DNA of 60,000 nucleotides from Amphiscolops sp. MND2022. Taxonomy: Eukaryota. The stretch spans positions 54,190,001-54,250,000 of the forward strand of contig OZ076409.1 of assembly GCA_964187785.1 (NCBI GenBank). The letters run 5' to 3'. Numbering within the stretch: position 1 is the stretch's first letter; each line of letters opens with the position of its first letter. Both the position numbers and the translations under genes were made by a program. The notes beneath the pieces are model-generated. The model saw nothing but the letters and a program-made list of their open reading frames with translations. It was not told where the DNA came from and did not search any database. Below are positions 20,746 through 33,719 of this stretch, piece after piece.

Positions 20746-21477
20746 TGTAACGGCAAGCTCTGGATGTACAGCAACATCAACCGACATGTTTAGAAAATTT
20801 TGTCAAAAATTCGTTCAAATTTGACGTGGCACTCAAACATGCTCAAGACGAAGTACCTGCCTAAAAAGCACCCCAGAAAAGCAGAAATCGCCGCTCGCGA
20901 CGAACAAGCACCGGAGACGACAAAAAAGACGTCCCCGACGCATACAGAACACGGTATTGTGTCAATCTCTAGGAGATATCCATTACTACAGTAAAGGAAA
21001 CCAGTGTTCCAGATGTTCGCCTGAGTATCCCTGCGGTATCTTGTGTGGCAACTAGCGCTAGCGCTGGGAAGCTGAGGTCAACTTTCATCAAATGACTCTG
21101 AACTCTTGATTTCTTGTTGTATTTTTCGATGTGGTAAATTAATACGCTCGAGAGCTGTTGTTTAACATCTGTTTATCCCATTTGGCGATTTTATCAGATT
21201 CTCCAATATTACGGTTCAACCTTCATCGATTTTCAGCCCAATTTTTAAAGGCTAGTTGAGCAGTGGTCTTGAGTCTTGCAAGATGCCTGTTACTTTTAGC
21301 AGTTACAGACTAGGACCAGGCCAGAGAGCGTCCTACAAGACGGTTCCCCCACCTTGGGACTGGCTCCTTCGGAGGGAAAATGAGCTAGGGCCGCGGAGAT
21401 CCAGGTCCCAGATTATATTCGCTGTTCTAGTTCCTCCACTCTACGCTGCGGTTCAAGCGCCAGCGCTTATCGTTACA
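20746..21477 (+). repeat. 3' LTR (732 bp)
   Basis: Differs from the 5' LTR by about 5 substitutions and 2 small indels (counted by eye). Confidence 0.97.
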
Positions 21478-21559
21478 GTGTTACCCATAGAATTCAACAC
21501 ACATAAATTTAGCTTCATTCCAGATGTATTTGTGGAGATTTCTAGACTTTTTGATTGAC

Positions 21560-24100
21560 CCCAAGGACCCCATAATGACCCAAAAATGACCCAAAAATGA
21601 CACCAAAAATGCAGAAATTGGCAAAAAAATTCCAATTTTTTAACGTTTTGCGGCAGTTCTTGTCAATTTTTTGATAGATATTGTGATTAGAATGTTGAAA
21701 TTGTTCAACAAGGTACGAACGCGTTGTCCAATAGTCTTCTATGAAAAAATAATTGCTGTTTTCCAAATAAAAAACATCTCAAATTGACATTGAAAACGAC
21801 AAAGAAGCCAAAAATGTCCCAATTTTACCGTTTTTAGGCGACTTTTGTCGAATTTTTGATGGACTTCGTGGATTAGAATGTTGGAAATGCTCAACATGGC
21901 ACACATTCGTTGTCCAGTAGGCTCTTCCGAAGAGCTAATAGCTGTTCTCCAAATGAAAAAGATCTCAAATTGACACCGAAAATGACAAAAAACCCAAAAT
22001 TTTCCAAATTTCAAAAGTTTTTTCAATTTCTGTCAAAATTTCGACAGACTTCTTGAATTGGAATGCTTAAAAGAGTCAACAAGGAAACAATTTACTATCC
22101 AGTAGGATTATTTGAAGAGTTTGTTGCAGTTATCTGAATGAAAAGGTCTCAAATTGGCACCAAAAATGACAAAAAGCACAATGTTTTCAAATTTTTAAAG
22201 TTTTTATTCAATTTCTGTCAAAATTTCGACGGTCTTCTTAGATTGGAATATTGAAATGTTTAACAGGGTGAAAAAAAGAAACGGTCGGTTGTCCAGTAGT
22301 CTTTTATGAAAAGATAACTGCAGTTTTTCAAATGAAAATCGTCGCAAATGTACACCGAAAATCACAAAGAAGTCAAACTTTTCCAATTTTCAAAATTTTT
22401 ATGCATTTTTGGGTAAAGTTTGGACAGACTTCGTAGATTGGAATGTTTGAAAGAGTGAACAAGGGAACGGGTTGGTTGTCCAATAGTCTTTTATGAGAAG
22501 ATGATTGCAGTTTTTCAAATGAAAAATCTCTCAAATTGACACCAGAAATGAAAACCAGCCCAAATATTTACAATTTTCAATAATTTTCATGCATATTTCC
22601 CCACATTTTTGACGGACTTTGTGGATTGGAATAGTGAGAAGTGCCAAAAAGGAAGAAATGTGATGTCCAATTTGCTTAGAGAAGAGATAAATGAAGTTTT
22701 TTAAATTGAAAAGATTTGGGGTTGACATCGAAAAACACAAAAATTCGAAAGTTTACCGATTTTCACTATTTTTTTTCGATTTTGTCAAACTATCGACAGA
22801 CGTCGTGGACTAGAACGTTGAAACCCCTAAACAATGGAACAAATTGTTGCTTCGGTGAGCTTTCGTCAAGTGATTGTCGTAATTTATTTTAAAAATTTCA
22901 AGTTTCGTCGTTTTCGATGCTGTTTCTGAACAATTATCAAAAGATTTCGTTTCAAGACAAAAGAACGAGCTATGCAAAATTTTTTTGAAAAGAACGTTGC
23001 AGCGTTTTGCTTCACAAACACTTCAGAATGACCCCAAATGGGTGGAAAATTTTCACCTTCGTTTTTGTTCATCTTATGTACTTTTTGAATCGTTTTTGAG
23101 TCAGATTGTTGGCAATCGTTCAACAGAAATTGAACTGAATATCCAGTAGTTTCCCAAAGAAATATTTGCCGACTTTGGTTGGAAAATGGCTCAAAATTGA
23201 CCGCAAATCTCAGAAAGGTCCAAATGTTTGCCAATTTCTGACGTTTTCAGTGAATTTGTTTGAGATTGGAAATTTTTGGTGAGATAAAAACTCCAAAAAC
23301 CTCCAGATGAAAACACTAGGTCCACAGGATATTTTTCGAATGAAATTGGCATATTTTCTTCAGAATAACCCAAACAATGGAAGAACTCAGAGTTTTCAAG
23401 TTTGTACATTTTTAGGCTATTTTTTTGAACAATTATTGAGCTACTTCCTTGCACAGAATGGGTTCGAAAACTCAGCAATAAATAATCCTGGTATCCAGTA
23501 GGCAATTGTGAAGATTTAACTGCACTTTATTGCTGGAATTGGTCAAAATCCATGACACAACAGAAAATCACGTTTTTTGACAAACTAATCCCAATTTTTG
23601 TTCATACCACGAAAGTGTTTGAAGAATAGAATTTCCATTGACCTGAACGTTGAAACAATAAAGTTATCAAATTGGAATTTGCGGAAAAAATGGGATGAAG
23701 TTCATCGAGTTTACTACAAACGTGTCAAAACTTCCGAGTTTCCCTTAATTTCGAGAACATAATCCCAATTTTCGACCCAATTTTCAGGATTGAAGCGCGT
23801 AGCTACCAGTAGTGTTTCGAAAATTATCAGACAAATTTATTTGCAAAACTTTCAAAAACTTTTGTTGAAACGTAAATTTCGACGTTATTTGTGCAATGTT
23901 TAAAATTCAATTAGCTCCAAGCAAAATCACTAGATATGGAGTAATCCTTCCAAAGGAATTTGTTTCGAGCTATTTCGTGGGTTAGAATGCTGTGAACAGT
24001 CAGCAACAACTAAACTCTGCGTCCAGTAGGCTTATTTTGAAGAGACATCTGTATATTCATGTTAGGAAAGTTCCTCAAACTGACCCCAATTTGTAGAAAA
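21560..24100. repeat. Diverged AT-rich tandem repeat, ~185-190-bp unit
   Basis: Recurring tcca(g/a)tag, gatt(a/g)gaatg and ctcaaattgacacc at about 21726, 21911, 22098, 22291, 22478 and 22666, decaying toward 24 kb. Confidence 0.8.
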
Positions 24101-24886
24101 TGTTTCCAATTTTTTGACACTTCTGGTGAAACTATGTGCATAATGTAACAAACTGGGACCATTCAAGTTACATTAAACTTGTAAAAGATCTAGTTTCAAG
24201 CTTTTCCTATTTTCTCAGTGCCAAAAATTATCCCAAGAAAAAGGCCTGAGCCTCAGAAACCACAGTTTTCTCAACAGGCGTCACAAAACAATGCATTGTT
24301 TGAATTTTTTTGGTGAAGTCCTATGATTGCGAAACAAGTTTCAGCTCGCTAACTAAACTCAGACAAGCTGAAATCAGCTGAAAGAGCAAGGGGTACCATT
24401 CGACCAAATGAAAGTTTCGGAAAGACACACAGACACGAAAAAACTGAAGTGAGGTAATTTTCACTATCAATAGGAAAACTCATCAGTTCCACATGATCAA
24501 AAGTAACAAAGAGGTCACACTCAAAACTCGGGAAATGTTTTCCTTTACAGAAAACCTCAAAATCTAAAAATTTCAAAAAAATGTTTGTCGAAAATTGTTT
24601 TAGAAAAACTTAATCGAAAACTTTCTCTTTACTGGGTAAGTCGCATAGTGCCAAAAAACGAAAAGTGGCCAGCTATCGCAGAAAAAGTTAATACAGTGTT
24701 TCCTTTAAAAATGAGCTAAAATGATTCAAAGCTTTCTTTCATTCGAACTTCTTTCGTTTTTACAGTGCATTGGCTATTTTTGAGCCTCAAGTTTATGTAG
24801 TTGTGGAACAGTTTGTGGCGGAAATTATCTCGCTGCTCAGCGGGCGTCTTGTTCAATGAAGCGCGTTCTTAGTCAGCGCTTTTGAT

Positions 24887-25270
24887 AACAAGACGGGAAC
24901 ATCTAAAGTAGGCTTTTATCTACGGCTCAAAAAGCGCAAACTACCCTTTGGGCTTTTTGAAACTTCAGTTTCCTGCAAAATGAAAGGGGACCCTTTGGCG
25001 ACAAAAAACATTGCTGAAAAAAGTCAAAGGGGTTTTCAAAATTCAAAAAATTCAAAACCTGTAGTGCCGTCCGGTTTTGTATCTTTCGTTAATATTGAGT
25101 ACACGAAGGCGGGGACCCTTTGCACTAACTTCGATGCGTTTTCGCTTGCCGGTCAAGTAGTTTAGCAGTTCTGTAGAAAAAGTGTCCACTACGCATACAT
25201 TCTGTTGTCTGACGAAAAAACTTGCCAATGTAATAGTCGGGCTCATTTTGTTAAAATGCGCCGACTAAAA
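24887..25270 (-). mobile_element. HINE/DINE-1-like non-autonomous element, family 1
   Basis: One end is AACAAGACGGGAAC. The other is TAGTCGGGC...GCGCCGACTAAAA (hairpin/subTIR). The same ends occur at 39409-40525. Confidence 0.7.
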
Positions 25271-25380
25271 ACACTTCAATACGCAGAACAAAAGTTTTTC
25301 CAACAGCATTTTCTGATAATCTGAAAACACCAATTTTTGAACTTCATATTGTTATCTATTTTTAAGTTTTGTAGTTGATC

Positions 25381-25720
25381 TTCTCGTAAACAACAAGCAG
25401 TTGCTTTCTCTTCTACTGATGTGGAATATATGAGTATTTCCTTAGCTACTCAAGAATGTGTTTACTTGTTGCCTGTTGTTCAGAATTTAGGTCTAGATGT
25501 AGGTGGTCCTGTTTTCCTTCACGGTGACAACCATGGGGCGATAAAGCTGGCTGAAAATCTTATCTCAAACAGTCGAAGCAAAAATGATATTCGACACCAT
25601 TTAATTCGTGTTCTAGTGAAAGGCCTACGGAAGACAACATTGCAGAACTTTTTACGGAAGGTTTAGCCAGTGCAACTTTCAGTCAGTTCAGAAGTGGACG
25701 ATTTAGTACATTATCATTGA
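25381..25720 (+). pseudogene. Ty1/copia RNase H remnant
   Basis: SRKQQAVAFSSTDVEYMS...GDNHGAIKLAEN...SRSK-DIRHHLIR followed by the PPT ttgaggggcg. Confidence 0.85.
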
Positions 25721-25726
25721 GGGGCG

Positions 25727-26122
25727 TGTCAGAGGTCAATGAAACTATACTGACTTTGAAAATGACGTCATCAAGACAAACATGAAGGATCAATTGCTGC
25801 TATTTTAAGAACGTGGCACGTCTAATCTTTTGACGATCCTTTTCGACCTTCAACATTTTGCCGGATCTTTTAGAATATTACGTAACCCACATATCACTGA
25901 CTAGATATTCCTCTGTTTATACTACCGAACCTGTTTACGACAACCAAAATATTTTCTGTTGTCACTGCATCTTCTTTGTCAGTGCATGAAAAACAGATTC
26001 CCAAAAACCATAACCAAGATAAGATATCAACTGCTAAGTTGCAAAAAATATTATTCTCATTTAAAGATCTTTTGTGTTCTTATTCTTTCGAGTTATCTCG
26101 ACATATTGTTGTCCAGCTGACA
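25727..26122 (+). repeat. Probable copia 3' LTR
   Basis: Starts TGTCAG right after the PPT; CTGACA at 26117-26122 is a matching inverted end. Confidence 0.5.
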
Positions 26123-27289
26123 CTGAGGCAACCTCGTCGTCATCTTTTACAGGGGATATACAAAGTCGTTCTGAGGGAAACTTCTTATAAAACACCCATA
26201 TTATCAAGATCAGACATTACATCCGATTTTTTTTGAACGCTTCTCTTTAGCTATTAGCTTTCTAGTTGAAGGCATTACAAAAGTCAAGAGGGTTCAGACC
26301 CGAATTAACGAAAGATTTAGAGTAAAGAACAGATTGAGTTGCGGTATTAACTGCCGGTTCAACTGGTGCGGCAAAACTGAAGTTCATTTGTTTTTGAGTT
26401 CGCTCTACTCATACTCAACTGACAAAGACACGCCTCAACTAAGATGGCATGGATCTAAAAATAAACAAATAACGTCGCTAAGACTATATTAGGATTATAA
26501 CCATGACGACACAATACGTCACACCCTAGAGTGTTCTTAAAACAGCAACAGCATTAATTTACCTTTGAAATACATACAACAATATGAAATGGTTAAATGA
26601 CTACAAATTTACATACAATAATAACTAGGTACGCTCGATGGTTTTCAAAATGTGGACGTAAGGTCCGTATTACCACAGCTCAAATATGAAAGAATTAATT
26701 CAAGTGATCTGATTGGTTGATTGTTAATACGAACAACGTGTCAATCTGGCTACAGCACACTGCCAGTTGACCGAGTTTCTTTTCCAATTTCATGTTTTAC
26801 AAATTGATTCTTTGTGTTTCTTTAAACTCACAACGATATTAACAGACTTCATATTGTACAGATCCATTGACATGGGAAATATCACTGATACTAATATTTC
26901 AATCATGTACCAAATCAGTAAGGAATAAACTTGACAATAGGATATAAATTCACCACTAGTTTTTGTTGTAGTCATGCAGACGTTGATTCCGTTCCTTCTT
27001 AAATAGGCAGAACGCCTGGGCGAGGTGCCGTGTTTTCTCTGTCAGGGGTTATTTGGTACGAGTTACACTCACATGAGGTAGCTTGTGACATTATTTATGA
27101 AAAAATTTATAACAACTAGCAAGCATGGTGTCCATACCTTTTAAATCTGGCATTTCGTGTCAGATTCGTGGCAGACTTTGTTGCTTGCTTTTTGTCATCT
27201 CGTAGAAGAAATCTTAAGACATCTATCGTAGATTATTTATTGATGGCTTTCGAGAATACACAGAGTGAGCAGTTGCTGAATGAATTAAA

Positions 27290-27472
27290 ATAGATTCACG
27301 ATTTCTGTTGCCAACCTCAAACATGATTTAAAGATTTTCCAGCTTGGCATGCTTCACTTTGAGTGAGTAAAGGCAACAGCTGACACCAGCAAATCTTGAA
27401 ATGCAACTTTTTCTGGAACTGAATAAGAAATTCTGGGACGAAGAACTTGTGAGCGAAAGGTGAGTTAGTGTT
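27290..27472 (+). pseudogene. hAT transposase C-terminal dimerisation-domain remnant
   Basis: FLLPTSNMI*RFSSLACFTLSE*RQQLTPANLEMQLFLELNKKFWD matches the hAT pattern PTS..ERxFS...R..L.P.NLE..LFL..N. Confidence 0.7.
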
Positions 27473-27766
27473 AAACATTAATGCAATTAATTGCAATTGT
27501 TGCAATTAATTGATTGATTGCCTCTGATCAGTAATTGCAAATATATTATTGTTTCTTGAATAAATGATTTTTTGCGTATCAAGTAATATTTGAGCGTAAT
27601 TTTTGAACTCCTGATTATAGAGTGCGCATATGTTAAACTAGTTGAATGATAAGCTAGGACATCAATGTTGAGCCCATGGAAAGCTCGAAATCACGTAAAT
27701 GACTCGAAGCATTATTCGTTTCACATTTATCAGCAATTATGCAAACAATGTCAGAAACACGGGGCA

Positions 27767-28215
27767 CGGTAATAAGTTCGAACGCATAAGTTCGAATTTT
27801 AATTTCGAATGGACTAAGTTCGAATCTTCCAAAAACCGGAACAAAATCGAATCACTGTGTTCGAATTTTGAACTAAGTATAAAACGTGCCTCTGATATTT
27901 CCCCATTTCATCTAGTGCCCCGCGGCCCCTTGGGGCCGCTTATGTTCCCATCTTGCTAAGCGAGGTCGAACAGGAGCAAAGACCTTGCGGGAACGAGATT
28001 GCGAAGCGATCGTAGTGGGAGCTGGTCTTTGCGACGGTGAGGGCGAGCGTGCATACACCGGATATGCCCTACATTTCAGTTCTTAGATTCCTTTAGATCC
28101 TAGGCGGTGGAGCTCTCAGGATCTTGTGTGAAGGATGTCCAGTTTACACCGGATATGCCCGATATGAAAATTCGAACTTGGTGTTTCGAAACTATTCCAT
28201 TCGAACTCATTTTTT
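27767..28215. mobile_element. MITE-like element with TTCGAA-rich inverted ends and a GC-rich core
   Basis: ttcgaatggactaagttcgaa on the left is roughly the reverse complement of ttcgaaactattccattcgaa on the right; internal hairpins. Confidence 0.45.
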
Positions 28216-28229
28216 GATTTGCACTCATT

Positions 28230-28760
28230 GCAGTTTCATCTAGTAAAAGCTAGAATCCGAGTAACACATGTGGTTTTCAACCACTTTCCAGAAAAGAAGC
28301 GAATACGCCAACATAATGAGTTGAGGATTTAGTCCAACCGCCAATCATCAGTGCGAAAATCTTTCCCAGTAATTTTGCTATTTTGCACTCGACTTTGGAT
28401 AACTCGATTCATAACTTTCATGATAATATTCCTGCAAACCGGATATAAAAAACTGTGTTTCCGAGTGTATTCACTTTCAACGAACGAGAAAGATTGTAAT
28501 TCTTCACATATCCAGTCGAGCCATCCGTTATAATATTTGTGCTTTTTGATAGTTGACAGTACTTTGACGAAATTGTCACGTGTTGATCTGTAATCGCTTC
28601 CTCTGGATGAAACGCTTTCTAATGGTTCATTAAATTCGTGTATCCCTTGTTGTTGGTTTGGAAAATTTCTTTGTCACAAATGCATCGCCATTTGTTTTGG
28701 TTTACTTCGCATTATGTAAAAAACTTATCGCGAATGCTTCATTCGATTCTCCGCTGGGAG
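28230..28760 (-). pseudogene. hAT-like transposase N-terminal/central remnant
   Basis: Minus-strand GWLDWICEELQSFSFVESEYTRK...FALMIGGWT...THYVGVFASF...LLGF, with stops and frameshifts. Confidence 0.6.
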
Positions 28761-30359
28761 GCTTAATCTACAATCCGCAAAACAATATATAATGAGCGGG
28801 TTTGCTTCTATACAACGTTGCGCGTCGATCGCCAATAAAACTGGTTTGAATGCATCATTCATTTTGACTTCCATTGGTTGAATTAGTACATTTATGATGG
28901 GCTTTAAAATTAATTAATGAAAAGGCCATATCTGATGGATTGTTGTTTTCCCTCCATTGAATGACCGTTAGTTTCTCCCGCATTAGTTTTTGAGCAGCCC
29001 TGTGTGGCGGCAACAAGTATAAGAGTGAGCACCAAAGCACATACTGCGCTCTCAACGTGGACACCAATCTTGTGTTTTTGAGAGTGGACACCATGTCTGC
29101 TAGAGAAGAGCAGGTACCTAGCTATTCGGGTACGTTTTCTTACCTGCCGTACAGCGTTGTCCCACACTATACTTCTTTGTACAGCACTGCAACATCTACT
29201 CCGATTGCGAGTTTGAATATGGAATATTATATAGCAGCAAAAATAAAAACAAAGAGGTTGTTTTTTGGATAGGACAAAACGTTTTTATACCCAAAGGGCC
29301 CCTTGGATTTTTTGACAATGTGTTAATTTTGTTTCGAAAACATCAGTTTTGAAAAGTGTCCCCCTTTGTTTTTTTTTGGTAATGTGCGAAGTTTTCGTTT
29401 ACTGTTGTTTCTGGTGAGAACAAACCAAAAAAAGTTCTATTGAAGCACTTCTTGGTACTGTGAAATTTAGAAGTTATTCAAAAGACACTCTGAAGTACTG
29501 TAGTTCTTTTTCAGCCTTAAGCGGGGCGCCTATTTATGCCATTATCTGCTTGTTCTTATTAAAGTTAGCATTTCGAATTTTCAAGCCTATAAAAAGAAAC
29601 CACATGACAGCTTAGGTTGGGGCCACATTCAAAGTGCGCACTCTTTTCCTTGACTAAACACATTTAACAAGTCCTTGACTAAACAAGTAATACCCGAAGG
29701 GATACGCTCAGACTCCAGAAAATTCTCAAACTGGAAACAACAAGGAACCGAACAAGTTACTGAGACAACTCTCATCCGTTCAACAGGATAAAAAACAATC
29801 AATGAGGTCAACCTTTGGACTCCGAAATGTGTTTTTCTCTCAGGAAACCTCAAAATAATCCTCAAAATTGGGAAAGTTTTTTCCACAAAATCTTCAAAGT
29901 CGCATTGTGCCAAAAAATGGTGACATTCCATGTTCGCATAACCCTTTGCTCCTGCGTTTTGTTGCTTCTGAAGTACAACGTAACTTTCGCCAAATAATGT
30001 TTCATCTTCAGTTTTGTCCGAACTCCGATTAATTCGTTCGCAATGCGTTTTTAGTACACGTGAACTTGGTGCACATGTTTTGCAGATTTATAGTATTGTT
30101 TCGTTTATCAGTTTCCAGCTTCTTCAAGGTATGAAGTCAAGTAACTATTCAAACTTGTCTGAAAATGTAGACAGATCGTTCGTTCGAATACTGTACATAT
30201 TAAAGTCCAAGCTTACAAATAACTTTCGTTTATACTATTCACGAGGAACTTGTTGTATGCCAGAGAAAACAGTTTCGTTATCTGGCGTAGTTTATTCGCG
30301 CCACTTTATCGGGGCATAGTTACGTTATATCAACATTCAATTCCTTCACTTGTTTCGCT

Positions 30360-32229
30360 ATGGCTGAACACTGTGGATTGAGAGAGCCCTCTGACAGCGA
30401 GTGTTTCGAAATACGGCCTGCAGGCGCGGGAAAAGGTTTTGGTGTTTTCGCTACACGAAAGATCGATATAGGTGAGTCTTTTGAAAAATCATCACATCAA
30501 ATTTATCGCTACTGCCAGCCATAACTCTCAGAGTTTAAATACATTCGTCAGTAAAAAACGTTAGTTGAAGTTGCGCTAGCAAGTATTTTTGTTCCAGAAG
30601 AAACGTTCTAAGCCGAACATTTTTGTCGCCATTGGAAGTATTCGGATTTTTTGGGAATAAAAACTGATTTCTTGTCCTGTAGAAAATAAATTTGAATGAT
30701 TTTACTAACAGCTTGGACAAATGAATTCAAAGAAGACAACAAACAATCTCAACAGTGCAAAAGGAGCGATTGGCCAAAACAGATCCGGAAATTAGCTGAA
30801 ATCTTCATCAAAGTTTCACTAAAAAGAGATCCTGATTGAGATCAGAAAAAGTCGAATGCTCCCATGTAACCAGAAGTTAGACAAGGAAAATAAACTTCGA
30901 AAAAGTATTTCATATGAAAAATATTTTGACTTCTTGTTAAAAACTGTTTTCCAGGCTCTGTAATATTGACGAGTTCATACTCTCTGAAGTCAACGTCATA
31001 CGACGACTCTGCAGAACTGATTGGACAGTTCGAACAATTGAATTCTCAAGAAAAACATGAAGTTCTCTCGTTGTCCAATTGCAAAGTAAGACCTGAGAAT
31101 GACATAGCCGAGTACGGTGACACGCCAACAAAAGATCATCTGCTCGGAATCTTCCAAACCAACTGTTCTTATGTCTGCTATCTCGACTGCTACGTTTTAT
31201 GCGCGAGGTTTTCCCGATTAAATCACTCGTGCCAGCCGAACTGTTCGCATGTCTTTGATTCTGTCAATCGCGAAAAAATCGTTTCGGCAGCTAGAAACAT
31301 AACAGGTGAGTTGAATTTGTTGGAAACGAAATTTTTGTACTTTTTGATCTGCATTCAATGCTTTAAATGATTTATGATTGATATGGAGGTATGGTTTCGC
31401 AGTATTTAAAATTCATGTTGGAAGTATGTCGAGACTTTTTCAGAAAAAAATCAAGCATTTGACTTTAATATTAGCTCCGTAATATCCTAATCCAATTTAC
31501 CCTGTTATAAGCTTGACCTCATTTCATTTAGGAGGCGAAGAACTCACAATTTGCTATCTTAATTCAACCCAAGATTGGTTCCTCGAAACAAGTGACAGAA
31601 TCGGCCTCCTTCAAAGATATTACAACTTCATTTGCTCGTGCGAATTGTGCACGTTGCCGATTCCTCAAATGCTACAGCGTGACCAGGAATTGAACAAACT
31701 GCAATCTCATTTCGAAAAACTAAATTCAAGAGTCTTGAGTTTCGAAACTGAGGAAAATATTTTAATAACAGCATCAAAAATGGCAAATAAGTTGGACCTC
31801 ACTGTTCACATCAAAGAATACTTCGATCGTTTACTGTTTCATTTATACTGCTCAATCTGCGACGACAGTCAAGCTCAGAGGATGGCTGCAAAGTGTGAAA
31901 AACATTGGGCGATTTTACATGGTGAGAAAAGTTTTCAAGCTCGCAAATTTCGTTTTCATAGTTTCGACCCCTATTCTTCATTTGGAGAAGTTGAAAGTTG
32001 TTTTGGTGAACCAGTTTTAACAGAAATTGATCAACTTTTGTTATGTAATGTTATAGTAACCCATGACGCTCCTAAATTTTGCTGCCAATGTTTGCAAAAA
32101 AGGAATCGAACTTCCGAGCAGTGCCTTAAATGTGCTGTCGTTTTTTACTGCTCTGAAAGATGTAAAAGTATGCATGCTATAAGACATGAAAAGTTTTGTT
32201 CTTTAGCTGCTCAATTTACAAACTTTTAA
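30360..32229 (+). CDS. SET-domain lysine methyltransferase with post-SET motif and C-terminal MYND finger; exons 30360-30471, 30955-31305, 31532-32229 (386 aa)
   Basis: GKGFGVFATRKIDIG | RLNHSCQPN...AARNIT | GGEELTICY...CSCELC; C-terminal CCQC...CLKC...YCSERC...H...HEKFC. GT-AG introns with matching phase 1. Confidence 0.88.
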
Positions 32230-32541
32230 TCAAAACAGTTTTCAGTTCTCAATCTCATAAAGCAAGTTGTAACACAAGCTTCGAAATGGAACTTCATTGT
32301 TATCAATGAAGTTTGAATAGAAATGCAGATGTATCTTCATTAAGAACAACGAAGCATGATGTTTGTATATACAAGAGTACGCTAAGCATTTAATTGTTTA
32401 GTTACTGATATCTGTGGCTACCCAGAGTCACAAAAACTTCCAAAAAGTGTTCTAAAAAATGTTTGAAACAGTCGAAAGTTTAAAAACTCAATGCTCCAGT
32501 TTCGAGGGATACAGGCCGATTAAGAAGTTGTTTTCCAAAAA

Positions 32542-32727
32542 CTATGCACTTCCGGATACTATCTCCCCAAAACAAGCTCTGGTACCATCTTTGCAACCAA
32601 TCTTTTGGTGATTGTCTTCTTGAAGCAGTGATTTCAAAGTGACTTGCTCAAGCTCACAAAGGCGTAATTGCTCGCTGTTACTCATTTTTTCCTCCGTTGA
32701 GTATGGTAGTGATAATACCACTAAGCT
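32542..32727 (-). CDS. Possible terminal exon of an unidentified minus-strand gene
   Basis: ttttctag acceptor followed by an open frame to TAG, convergent with the SET gene. No recognisable domain. Confidence 0.25.
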   Translation of the reverse strand, partial: SLVVLSLPYSTEEKMSNSEQLRLCELEQVTLKSLLQEDNHQKIGCKDGTRACFGEIVSGSA

Positions 32728-33719
32728 AGAAAAGAATTTACTCAAAACCAAACAGTGGTGAGTTAACAGAAATTCGAACATCGGTCACGCATCAACACAA
32801 GCCTAATGCTCTAATCACATTATGATCCCAGACTGAAAACTTTTCCGGTGCTTCTCACAAAATTTCATGTAGAAATAAAGATTATTTATTGAAACAATTG
32901 CATGCTTAGTGACCTTATTTGCTAGGTTTTCTTGATCTTGATACTCAGTTGGTTCAATTAGGTTTTCTCCCGAAAAAACTATATATTTTCTATCGAAAAC
33001 TGCTAAGTAGCTATATGTTTTGTCCTTGAACAGTATGAAATGTCATTTTCACGAAAATATTCAAATTTTAGACTGGAATAAAACAGCTAAAAAGAAAAGT
33101 TTCAAGAGTTTAGACTTTTCACACCTTCTTTGAATGCTTCTCTCCAAAAATTTTTTTTCTGAAAAAAATTCCGTTAGCCAAATTTTTCTTTGTTGAACAC
33201 CCTGCATTCGCACACCCATCAGAACATGCAGAGATTATACAAAAAAGCCTGAAACAGTCAAAAATCGACAATTTGGCACATTTTGCTTTTTGTTGAGTCG
33301 ATGAAAATTCAATGTCCGTTTTCTCAACTCGAGTATGCTGAAAACTAATTTGTATTCAAAAGCTACGAATATTGATGACAACTCGTAAAAATTTAATAAG
33401 AATGCTGAATCAGTTGAAATCGAGGAAAATCAACAGTTTTTAACATTTAAGTGCCCTTTCGAAGCGAGAAATTGCAGTTTTTCACCGAAAAGCAAAGATA
33501 AGAAAAGTTTATTTGATTGGAAAGGAGAAAAACAACTTTTACGTTAAGAGGTTAAAAAAATCCAATCTGGACGGGAAACGAGTTATCAAGACTCGTCAGT
33601 CCCCGCCCAAAGTGAACTAATTAGGGATGTTGAGATATGTCCTAATCCAATACTTAAGATTCGTCGACCAATATTTATAACTATAAAGGTGCGGAAATTT
33701 ACACTTATTTCAAAATTAG

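Larger units (their letters stand above)
2588..21477 (+). mobile_element. Giant (18.9 kb) Ty3/Gypsy LTR retrotransposon with an extra ORF
   Basis: Paired TG...CA LTRs, PBS, purine-rich tract before the 3' LTR, domain order Gag-PR-RT-RH-IN and an additional ORF3. The TSD is ambiguous (GTG on both sides). Confidence 0.97.

Noticed and set aside
21560..24100. CRISPR array
   Set aside because: Eukaryotic context; whole units are diverged repeats with no constant repeat/unique spacer pattern and no cas genes.
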